Shown here: in pieces, positions 1 through 8,479 of the stretch
How positions within the stretch are numbered: the first letter of the stretch is position 1
Layout: every line of letters begins with the position of its first letter
DNA from: Methylorubrum extorquens
Lineage (GTDB): Bacteria; Pseudomonadota; Alphaproteobacteria; Rhizobiales; Beijerinckiaceae
Assembly: GCA_900234795.1 (NCBI GenBank)
Contig: LT962688.1
Span: forward strand, 540,001-572,000
Reading direction: 5' to 3'
DNA: 32,000 nt
Program-made: the position numbers and the translations under genes
The notes under the pieces: model-generated
Databases searched by the model: none
Told to the model about the DNA's origin: nothing
The model's input: only the letters and a program-made list of their open reading frames with translations

Positions 1-390
1 GTTCTTGAAGCTCGGCTCGTCCTGGATCGCCCGAAGCACCGTCGCGTCGGACACGGCAAGCCCGAGATCCGTGGTCTTCTGGTCGAGCGCCGCCTCGGTG
101 ATGAGCTGCGCCAGCACCTGCCGTTCCAGGCCCATCGCCCGCGCCTGGTCCGGCGTCAGCGTCCGCTTGAGCTGCGCCTGATAACGCTGGAGCTGGTTCT
201 GGTAGGCGGTGCGGACCTCCTCGGCCGAGATCGGCGTCTTGCCGACGGTGGCGACGGCCGTGCTCGACCCGCCGCGGAAGAACTCCTCCACACCGAAGAT
301 CGCGACGCCCGCGATCAGGAAGGTGAAGATCACCGACAGCACGACCTTGCCGAGCCAATGCTGGCTGGCACTGCGAATGGACTGGAGCAT
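1..390 (-). CDS. ppiD: PpiD-like periplasmic chaperone / peptidyl-prolyl isomerase, N-terminal 130 codons only (gene runs off the left edge)
   Basis: Absent from the ORF track because it is open at the window edge. My own reverse-strand translation from the ATG at 390-388 gives MLQSIRSASQHWLGKVVLSVIFTFLIAGVAIFGVEEFFRGGSSTAVATVGKTPISAEEVRTAYQNQLQRYQAQLKRTLTPDQARAMGLERQVLAQLITEAALDQ... This is a short N-terminus, one TM helix, then a SurA-N/PpiD-type chaperone region with the same layout as E. coli PpiD. It is divergent from tpiA. Confidence 0.7.
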   Translation of the reverse strand, partial: MLQSIRSASQHWLGKVVLSVIFTFLIAGVAIFGVEEFFRGGSSTAVATVGKTPISAEEVRTAYQNQLQRYQAQLKRTLTPDQARAMGLERQVLAQLITEAALDQKTTDLGLAVSDATVLRAIQDEPSFKN

Positions 391-635
391 CGGACGCCCG
401 GGCCTAAATCTCAAGGGTCCCTGCCCGCACGGGCGGGGAACAAATTCGAGCCCCGCGATAGACGATCGGGGCGGCGGCGCAAAGGGCATGTCGTCCGGGT
501 GCCGGGAAGGGGGCGGGACAGGGGCGGGACGGGCGCCGGACGATCGCAAAGGTGGTTTGCGCGCCTAAGCTTGCTCTGCTAGGTCCGCCCGAGACGTTGT
601 AAGTCCTCGAACGAGACACGGAGAACCGGGACGCC

Positions 636-1400
636 ATGGCAAGCGAGGGACGCCGTCCGCTGGTTGCCGGCAACTGGAAGATGAACGGTCTGCTCTCCTC
701 GGTCCCGACCGTCGAGGCGATCCGTGACGGGCTCTCGCCGGCGCTCGCGGACAAGATCGACGTGCTGATCTGCCCGCCCGCGACGCTGATCTCCTCCTGC
801 GTGGCGGCGGTCTACGGCTCCGTGGTCGCCATCGGCGGCCAGAACCTGCACGCCCGGCCGAGCGGTGCCTTCACCGGTTCGATCTCGGCGGAGATGTTCG
901 CCGATCTCGGCGCCACCTACGTCATCGTCGGCCATTCCGAGCGGCGCGCCTACCATTACGAGACCGATGACGGCGTCCACGCCAAGGCGCTGGGCGCCCG
1001 GCGCGCGGGCCTGCGCGGCATCATCTGCGTCGGCGAGACGATGGAGGAGCGCCAGCAGGGCCGGGCACTCGACATCGTGCGCGCGCAGCTCGCCATCGGC
1101 CTGCCGAAAGGCGCCACCGGCGCCGACACCGTGATCGCCTACGAGCCGGTCTGGGCGATCGGCTCGGGCCGCACGCCGACGGCGACGGAGATCGCCGAGG
1201 TCCACGCCTCCTTGCGCGAGATGCTCGACAAGCTCGTCGGCGAAGAGGCGCACAAGATCCGCATCCTCTACGGCGGCTCGGTGAAGCCCTCGAACGCCCG
1301 CGAACTGATGGCGGTGGAGAACGTCGACGGCGCGCTGGTCGGCGGCGCCAGCCTCGTGGCGGAGGACTTTTTGGGGATCTGCCGCGCCTACGAGGGGTGA
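636..1400 (+). CDS. tpiA: Triosephosphate isomerase
   Basis: 254-aa ORF with canonical TIM signatures: [39 protein letters not shown] and GALVGGASL. Confidence 0.95.
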   Translation: MASEGRRPLVAGNWKMNGLLSSVPTVEAIRDGLSPALADKIDVLICPPATLISSCVAAVYGSVVAIGGQNLHARPSGAFTGSISAEMFADLGATYVIVGHSERRAYHYETDDGVHAKALGARRAGLRGIICVGETMEERQQGRALDIVRAQLAIGLPKGATGADTVIAYEPVWAIGSGRTPTATEIAEVHASLREMLDKLVGEEAHKIRILYGGSVKPSNARELMAVENVDGALVGGASLVAEDFLGICRAYEG

Positions 1401-1909
1401 GCTTTTCTCGGTCGAACCGCGCCGTCAGCCTCATCGGGCCGGGGCTGCTCGGCACTCGGCCGCTTCTATCGGCGGCCGGAACGATCCCCCTTCTCCTGAC
1501 GGCCACGGCAGCACAGGGCGCGGCGATCACGGCACCGGGCGGGTGTCGGCTGACCGTCGATATCCCCAAGGGTTTTTCGGCCGAGTCACGCGGCACGGAC
1601 ATCGTCCTGCAACCGATCGGGCAGGAGGGCCGGCGCAGCGTGTTCGAGATCAGGCTGACGCCCGGAGACGGCAGAGACGCGACCGCCTTGACGGAACGCC
1701 GGTCGCTCGGTGCGACGATCGCCCGCTACCGGATGACACGCGAAACCGTGGGATCGGGCGGCGAGGAGACGGCGCTCATTGCCGAGGTCCAGCGTGGAGG
1801 CGGTGTCATCCGTCTCGAAGCGTCGGCGCAGCGAGACGATGGCGCCGAGCCCGATTTCGAACCGGCATGGTCGGCACTTGCGACCGCGCGCTGCACCGAG
1901 ATCCGCTGA
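1397..1909 (+). CDS. Hypothetical exported protein (no family recognised)
   Basis: 170-aa ORF. Its GTG start overlaps the tpiA stop (GTGA). The hydrophobic N-terminus (...[15 protein letters not shown]) looks like a signal peptide. Third-position GC is high but lower than in neighbouring core genes. No motif recognised. Confidence 0.4.
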   Translation: MSFSRSNRAVSLIGPGLLGTRPLLSAAGTIPLLLTATAAQGAAITAPGGCRLTVDIPKGFSAESRGTDIVLQPIGQEGRRSVFEIRLTPGDGRDATALTERRSLGATIARYRMTRETVGSGGEETALIAEVQRGGGVIRLEASAQRDDGAEPDFEPAWSALATARCTEIR

Positions 1910-1929
1910 GCCGCCGACCTGCCCGTCCG

Positions 1930-2394
1930 CTACAGCGCCTCGGGACCGCTCAGAACGCTGCCGAAATGATGCCGCCAGAGCTTGGCCCCCAGTGAGGCCG
2001 AACGGTCGAGGGACGATCCGACGCTGAGCCATGGCAGCAGGGTCGGGTGCAGCCCGGCATCGAACAGCATGAAGCCGGCGGCGAGGCAGCAAGTCTCCGT
2101 CTGCACACCGCAGACGAGGACGCGCTCGATGTCGAGCGCCTTGAAATGGTCGATCAGCGCGGGCGGCGGCAGGTAGCCGTGCTTGACGAAAACCCGGTCG
2201 GCCGGGACCAGCGACTCCTCGTCTACCGGCGGCGCCCAGCCGAGCTGCGCCGTGAATGGCGTCACCGCCTCGTCGTGCCGCTCGACGGTCGCAACCGTGT
2301 GCAGCGTCCGGCTCAGCGCGGTGATGCCCGCAACGATCGTCTCCGGCACGCGGAAGCTCGCCTGGACATCGACGACAAGGAGGGCCTGCCGCAT
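1930..2394 (-). CDS. Isochorismatase-family cysteine hydrolase
   Basis: This is the C-terminal 154 aa of the 267-aa track ORF, starting at the ATG at 2394: MRQALLVVDVQ...FVKHGY...VLVCGVQTETCCLA. The Asp-Lys-Cys arrangement is typical of the isochorismatase/cysteine hydrolase fold. The upstream part of the track ORF is Arg/Gly/Pro junk. Confidence 0.7.
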   Translation of the reverse strand: MRQALLVVDVQASFRVPETIVAGITALSRTLHTVATVERHDEAVTPFTAQLGWAPPVDEESLVPADRVFVKHGYLPPPALIDHFKALDIERVLVCGVQTETCCLAAGFMLFDAGLHPTLLPWLSVGSSLDRSASLGAKLWRHHFGSVLSGPEAL

Positions 2395-2414
2395 GGAACG
2401 CGCTAGGTCCGCGG

Positions 2415-2696
2415 TTATTCCGCCCGGGCCGGCGCCTTCGCCACCGCCTCCTTGGTGCGCTCGATCATCGAGAGCACCGCGACGTAGAAGGCCTGCTGCA
2501 ACGGGCTCATCGCATCCGGCCGGATCCGGTCGGAGAGTGCGGCCTGCAGCGAATCCATCGCCTGCGCCCGCCCCGCCGGGTCGGGCCGCTCCAGGGCGAT
2601 CCGCAGGAGGTCGCCCTGAACGGCCTCCATCTCCTCGCGGTCGGCGCGGTCGATGAAGGCGGCGAACCGCCCGGCTTCGTGCTGAAAATCGCTCAT
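2415..2696 (-). CDS. Small hypothetical helical protein (93 aa)
   Basis: The ATG at 2696 is preceded by GAGGAG (reverse strand gcGAGGAGtcgaaaATG). Sequence MSDFQHEAGRFAAFIDRADREEMEAVQGDLLRIALERPD... It lies 20 nt upstream of the hydrolase gene on the same strand. No family recognised. Confidence 0.45.
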   Translation of the reverse strand: MSDFQHEAGRFAAFIDRADREEMEAVQGDLLRIALERPDPAGRAQAMDSLQAALSDRIRPDAMSPLQQAFYVAVLSMIERTKEAVAKAPARAE

Positions 2697-2998
2697 TTTC
2701 GACTCCTCGCACGGGCCATGGCCCGATGACCATGCTCCTGCGGCGTTTTTCCCAGGCGCCGTCTCCATGCGGGCGAGCGGCATTTCCCGATGCCTCGGCT
2801 CAACCTTCATGTTGATCGCGCGTTCGCCGCGCGCGAGGCGTTTGTCCCGCCCGCTTGCGTAAAGGCCGGTTGGCGCGGGTGGGCAAACGGTGTAGGAGCC
2901 CCCACTTCGTGCAGCGGATACGCGGGCGCGCTGCTTTTGCGCGCGACCTTTAGTCCGGCACACCGACAGCGTCCGCGCGAGTGGGCACCGGAATCGCA

Positions 2999-3466
2999 AT
3001 GCAGACCGTCCTCATCGTCGTCCACCTCATCATCGTGCTGGCGCTCATCGCCGTGGTGCTGCTGCAGCGCTCGGAGGGCGGGCTCGGGCTCGGCGGTGGC
3101 GGCGGGGGCGGCGTCTCCGGCTTCATGACCGGCCGCGGCCAGGCGAACGCGCTGACTCGCGCGACCGCGATCCTCGCCGCCCTGTTCTTCACCACCAGCA
3201 TTGCGCTGGCGATCTTGGCCCACCGCAGCGCCGCGCCCCGCTCGATCCTCGACGAGACCGGGACGCCGCAGGGCCAGACGCAGCAGACCGACAAGCCGGT
3301 GAACGCGGACAACCTGCTCGACACGCTGCGCAGCGGCAGCCCGAGCCAGGGCGGCCAGCCGGCCTCGGTTCCGACCGACGCACCGGCCAAGCCGGCGACC
3401 CCGGCGCCCGCTCCGAACACCCCGCCGGCCGCACCGGCGACGCCGGACGCGCCGCAATCGCGCTGA
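2999..3466 (+). CDS. secG: Preprotein translocase subunit SecG with a long Pro/Ala/Thr-rich C-terminal tail
   Basis: MQTVLIVVHLIIVLALIAVVLLQRSEGGLGLGGGGGG..FMTGRGQANALTRATAILAALFFTTSIALAIL is the classic two-TM SecG with a Gly-rich loop. I prefer the ATG at 2999 to the track GTG at 2981. The location between tpiA and pyrG is the usual one. Confidence 0.85.
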   Translation: MQTVLIVVHLIIVLALIAVVLLQRSEGGLGLGGGGGGGVSGFMTGRGQANALTRATAILAALFFTTSIALAILAHRSAAPRSILDETGTPQGQTQQTDKPVNADNLLDTLRSGSPSQGGQPASVPTDAPAKPATPAPAPNTPPAAPATPDAPQSR

Positions 3467-3508
3467 GCGCGATGCGACGCAGCCGCACCATCTGCGGATA
3501 AGAGCCTT

Positions 3509-3528
3509 GCGGCCGGCGCATCGGCCGC
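3509..3528 (+). terminator. Weak GC hairpin downstream of secG (GCGGCCG-n6-CGGCCGC), no U-tract
   Basis: Inverted repeat read directly from the sequence 43 nt after the secG stop. No T-run follows, so intrinsic-terminator function is uncertain. Confidence 0.3.
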
Positions 3529-3571
3529 GGGGACGTGGAAGACGAATTCCTCAACGGCATGAGGGGCATAG

Positions 3572-5287
<1,716 letters not shown>

Positions 5288-5306
5288 TCGAGAGAGGGAC
5301 CCACGG

Positions 5307-5705
5307 TTGACGACGATCTCGGGCCTTCCGGCCTTTCTCGCCTACTTCGCCGTCTCCCTCGGGCTCACCGCCCTCTACCTCGTGACCTACCTCACCGCGA
5401 CGGCGCACCGGGAGATCACTCTGGTGCGCGAGGGCAACCTCGCCGCCGCGCTCGCCCTCGGAGGCAGCCTTCTTGGCTACTCCATCCCGCTCTCAGCCGC
5501 AGTGCGCTACGCCGGCTCGCTGCTCGACTGCATCGTCTGGGGGCTCGTCGCCCTCGTGGTGCAGGTCGCGATCTACTGGCTGATGCGGCCGCTGCTGCCG
5601 AACCTGTCGCGGCGGATCGACGAGGGTCAAACGGCGCCCGCTGTCCTGCTCGGAGCCGCCTCCCTGGCGGGCGGCCTCGTGAACGCCGCCTGCATGAGCT
5701 ACTGA
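5307..5705 (+). CDS. DUF350 (YjfL-like) integral membrane protein
   Basis: 132 aa with four hydrophobic helices. The TTG start is preceded by GAGAGAGGGA. Size and topology match the DUF350/YjfL family, and it sits in front of DUF1190 and GSP-synthetase-like genes as in E. coli yjfL-yjfM-yjfC. Confidence 0.75.
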   Translation: MTTISGLPAFLAYFAVSLGLTALYLVTYLTATAHREITLVREGNLAAALALGGSLLGYSIPLSAAVRYAGSLLDCIVWGLVALVVQVAIYWLMRPLLPNLSRRIDEGQTAPAVLLGAASLAGGLVNAACMSY

Positions 5706-5709
5706 CGCC

Positions 5710-6342
5710 GTGGCGGACGACCGCGAGGCTCGGGCCAATTTCGGCCGCCGAAGGCCGCTTGAGCCTGCTCTGGCCGTCACGTCGCCCGACACGGCCGCGA
5801 GCAAACGCTCGCAGACCGTCTCGACCGTGCTGGTCGCGAGCGCGGGTCTCGCAGCCCTCGGCCTTGGCTCTCTCGAGCGGACTGCGCCGTCGAAAGACGT
5901 CCTCATCTACGTCGACGCGGCCGCCTGCGCCGCCGACGGCATTCGCCCGGCCGAAGAGTGCCGCAGCGACTATGCCACCGCCCGTGCGGCCTATCCGTCG
6001 ACCGCGCCACACTATGAGTCAGCGGCGGAGTGCGAGGGGCACCACGGGTCGTCGCATTGCCTGCCGGATCCGAATACGCCGCCGCAATCCGTCCCCCGCA
6101 TGGCGGGCTTCCTGCTCGGCCGCCGCGCCTCCGATTGGGTGACACCCGAACCCGTTTACGAGCACCGCCAGGGTCACGGCGGTCATCACGGCAGTTACTG
6201 CACCGGGTCGGGCGGCAAGGTCTCCACCGGAGGCGGAGGCCACGCCTCCTCGGCGACGCTCAAGCCCGCCGCTGCGAAAGCGACACAGTTCGGCGGCTTC
6301 GGCAGCAGCGGCAAGAGCTTCTCCTCCTTCGGCGGCACCTGA
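5710..6342 (+). CDS. DUF1190 (YjfM-like) membrane-anchored protein
   Basis: GTG start at 5710. It has an N-terminal anchor (VSTVLVASAGLAALGLG), a Cys-containing acidic segment (AAACAADG..AEECRSDYATARAAYPSTAPHYESAAECE) and a Gly/Ser-rich C-terminus (GGFGSSGKSFSSFGGT). This layout parallels E. coli YjfM. Confidence 0.65.
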   Translation: MADDREARANFGRRRPLEPALAVTSPDTAASKRSQTVSTVLVASAGLAALGLGSLERTAPSKDVLIYVDAAACAADGIRPAEECRSDYATARAAYPSTAPHYESAAECEGHHGSSHCLPDPNTPPQSVPRMAGFLLGRRASDWVTPEPVYEHRQGHGGHHGSYCTGSGGKVSTGGGGHASSATLKPAAAKATQFGGFGSSGKSFSSFGGT

Positions 6343-7505
6343 TGCGCCGCTTCGCCTGCGGAGAGCGGCCCGGCTGGCGGGAGATCGCGCGGGACGCGGG
6401 CTTTGCCTTCCACACCATCGATGGCGAACCCTATTGGGACGAGAGCCACGCCTACGCCTTCACGCTGGCCGAGATCGAAGACGACATCGAAGGACCGAGC
6501 GCCGAGCTGCACGCGCTCTGCCTCGACTTCGCGGCCGAGGCGGTGGCGGACGAGCGCATCCTCGCCTCGCTCGCCATTCCCGAACCGGTCTGGGACACGG
6601 TTCGGGCGAGCTGGCACCGGCGCGATCCGAGCCTCTACGGACGCCTCGACTTCTCCTACGGCGGCACGGGGCCAGCCAAGCTCCTGGAATACAACGCCGA
6701 CACCCCGACCGCCCTCTACGAGACCGCGGTGTTTCAGTGGCTCTGGCTCGAACAAGGGCTGACGGAGGGACGCCTTCCCGCGGGCAGCGACCAGTTCAAC
6801 GCACTCCACGAGCGGCTGATTGCGCGTCTCGCCGAGATCACGCCGCCCGGCCTCATCGCCTTTGCCGCCGATACGAGCGGTCCGGAAGACCTCGGCACCG
6901 CCGGCTACCTTCAGGATTGCGCGGTCCAGGCCGGCTGCGCGACGATCCTGCTCGACCTCGCCCAGATCGGCCTGCGGGCGGATGGCGCCTTCTGCGGGCC
7001 GGATGAGCAGCCCTTCGCCGCCCTGTTCAAGCTCTACCCCTGGGAATGGGCGTTTCAGGACGCGTTCGGTTCGGCGGTGGCGACCTCGCCGACGCGGTTC
7101 CTCGAGCCGCCCTGGAAGATGGTGCTCTCCAACAAGGGCCTGCTCGCCCATCTCTGGGCTCGCGAGCCGGGCCACCCGAACCTGCTGCCGGCCTTCTTCG
7201 AGGCCGATCCCGCCTGCGCGACTCTGGGCGACGCCTATGTGCGCAAGCCGCTGCTCTCGCGGGAGGGCGCCAATGTCGAAATCTTTTCCGATGGCGCCCG
7301 CGTCGCCGGAGCGGATGGGCCCTACGGCGCGGACGGCTTCATCCGCCAGGGTGTGGCGGAGCTGCCCTGCTTCGACGGCCGCCGCCCGCTCCTCGGCGCC
7401 TGGATCGTCGGGGATGCGCCGGCCGGACTGTGTATCCGCGAATCGGACGGCCCGATCACCGGCGACGGAGCATTGTTCGTGCCGCACCTGATCGAACCGA
7501 GCTGA
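6342..7505 (+). CDS. Glutathionylspermidine-synthetase-like ATP-grasp amidoligase (YjfC-like)
   Basis: The ATG at 6342 shares one nucleotide with the upstream stop (TGATG). MRRFACGERPGWREIARDAGFAFHTIDGEPYWDES...GRLDFSYGG..PKLLEYNADTPT...LYPWEW is characteristic of the GSP-synthase C-terminal-domain family. The first 104 codons of the track ORF are an out-of-gene extension. Confidence 0.85.
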   Translation: MRRFACGERPGWREIARDAGFAFHTIDGEPYWDESHAYAFTLAEIEDDIEGPSAELHALCLDFAAEAVADERILASLAIPEPVWDTVRASWHRRDPSLYGRLDFSYGGTGPAKLLEYNADTPTALYETAVFQWLWLEQGLTEGRLPAGSDQFNALHERLIARLAEITPPGLIAFAADTSGPEDLGTAGYLQDCAVQAGCATILLDLAQIGLRADGAFCGPDEQPFAALFKLYPWEWAFQDAFGSAVATSPTRFLEPPWKMVLSNKGLLAHLWAREPGHPNLLPAFFEADPACATLGDAYVRKPLLSREGANVEIFSDGARVAGADGPYGADGFIRQGVAELPCFDGRRPLLGAWIVGDAPAGLCIRESDGPITGDGALFVPHLIEPS

Positions 7506-7521
7506 CGCCGGTCACGAAAAA

Positions 7522-7544
7522 GGGGCCGGATCGGCTCCGGCCCC
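7522..7544. terminator. Bidirectional GC hairpin between convergent genes (GGGGCCGGA-tcggc-TCCGGCCCC)
   Basis: Perfect 9-bp stem with a 5-nt loop. It is flanked by AAAAA on the left, which is a U-run for the minus-strand transcript. It sits between the stop at 7505 (+) and the stop at 7567 (-). Confidence 0.5.
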
Positions 7545-7566
7545 CTCGCTCACGCTCCGGCTCGCG

Positions 7567-7860
7567 TTAGCGGCCCGCGGCGCTGTTGCCGCCGCCGGCG
7601 CTGCCCGCCCCACCGCCCATGGTGCCGCCCGGTGCGTTGCCGGTCGTTGCGCCGGGAGCCATGGTGCCGGTCGAGCCGGTGGTTGCGCCCGCTGGGTTGC
7701 CGTTCGTCGGCCGCATGCTGTTGCCGGTGTTGTTCCGCACCGGGCTGGCACTGTCCGTGGTGCCGCCGGTGCCGCCCTTGCCGGTGCTCGACTGGGCGAA
7801 GGCCGCCCCGGAAACGGCGAGGGTCAGCGCGGCGGCGAGCGCGATCATCTTGGTCGGCAT
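7567..7860 (-). CDS. Small secreted Gly/Thr/Asn/Ala-rich low-complexity protein (97 aa)
   Basis: The ATG at 7860 is preceded by GGAAGGAAAG. The signal peptide MPTKMIALAAALTLAVSGAAFA|QS is clear. The mature part is low complexity with internal repeats (AGATTGS / PGATTGN). A terminator hairpin lies downstream. Confidence 0.55.
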   Translation of the reverse strand: MPTKMIALAAALTLAVSGAAFAQSSTGKGGTGGTTDSASPVRNNTGNSMRPTNGNPAGATTGSTGTMAPGATTGNAPGGTMGGGAGSAGGGNSAAGR

Positions 7861-8021
7861 GGTTCTTTCCTTCCCTGATATCGGGTGTGGAAAGCGAACC
7901 CGCCGCCGACGGCATGGTTCAGCGCGAATTTCCTCAGCCGACGCGCAATCCGTGGGTCCGGCGGCCGCGACGCCACGTCCGCACTGCCTTCGAGGCCGCA
8001 GACCCTATATGGCTTGATGCC

Positions 8022-8474
8022 GTGACCGAGATCCTGTTCTACCACCTCCAGCGCCAGCCCCTCGAAAAGGTGCTGCCCAGTCTCATCGAGAAGTCGCTGG
8101 AGCGCGGCTGGCAGGCGGCCATCCAGGCGGTGAGCGAGGAGCGGCTTCAGGCGCTCGACGACGGCCTCTGGACCTATACCGACGAGAGCTTCCTGCCCCA
8201 CGGCACGGACCGTGACACGGACGCGGCGAGCCAGCCCGTGGTGCTGACCCTGCGCGAGACCAACCCCAACGGCGCCTCGATCCGCTTCCTCGTGGAGGGC
8301 GCGGAACTGCCGGAGGATGCGGAGAGCTACCAGCGGATCTGCATCCTGTTCGACGGCACCGACACTGACGCGCTGCTGCACGCCCGCGAGCAATGGCGCG
8401 GCGCCAAGGCCGCCGGCCATGCCATCGCCTACTGGCAGCAGGACGAGGGCGGGCGCTGGACCAAGAAGGCGTGA
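8022..8474 (+). CDS. holC: DNA polymerase III chi subunit
   Basis: A GTG at 8022 gives (M)TEILFYHLQRQPLEKVLPSLIEKSLERGW...ICILFDG.D, the typical chi N-terminus and a length of 150 aa. The upstream 130 codons of the track ORF are antisense to the small secreted-protein gene and are rejected. Confidence 0.8.
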   Translation: MTEILFYHLQRQPLEKVLPSLIEKSLERGWQAAIQAVSEERLQALDDGLWTYTDESFLPHGTDRDTDAASQPVVLTLRETNPNGASIRFLVEGAELPEDAESYQRICILFDGTDTDALLHAREQWRGAKAAGHAIAYWQQDEGGRWTKKA

Positions 8475-8479
8475 GATCA

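Noticed and set aside
6030-6341. 104-codon N-terminal extension of the ATP-grasp ORF, overlapping the DUF1190 gene in another frame
   Set aside because: The conserved family sequence starts at the ATG at 6342, which is coupled to the DUF1190 stop. The extension is Arg/Pro-rich with no similarity.
6195-7487. 430-aa minus-strand ORF opposite the GSP-synthetase-like gene
   Set aside because: It is a shadow ORF. The plus-strand frame carries clear family motifs (LEYNADTPT and others) and the antisense product does not.
7632-8021. 130-codon N-terminal extension of the holC ORF in the track (280 aa in total)
   Set aside because: The extension is Arg/Cys/Pro-rich junk. It overlaps, in antisense, a small gene that has its own RBS, signal peptide and terminator. 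Chi subunits are about 150 aa and begin at the xTExLFYHL motif found at the GTG at 8022.
8393-8479. Upstream extension of the S10 peptidase ORF overlapping the end of holC
   Set aside because: It overlaps the conserved C-terminus of holC in another frame. ATG codons at 8480 and 8546 give a sensible signal-peptide-bearing N-terminus.
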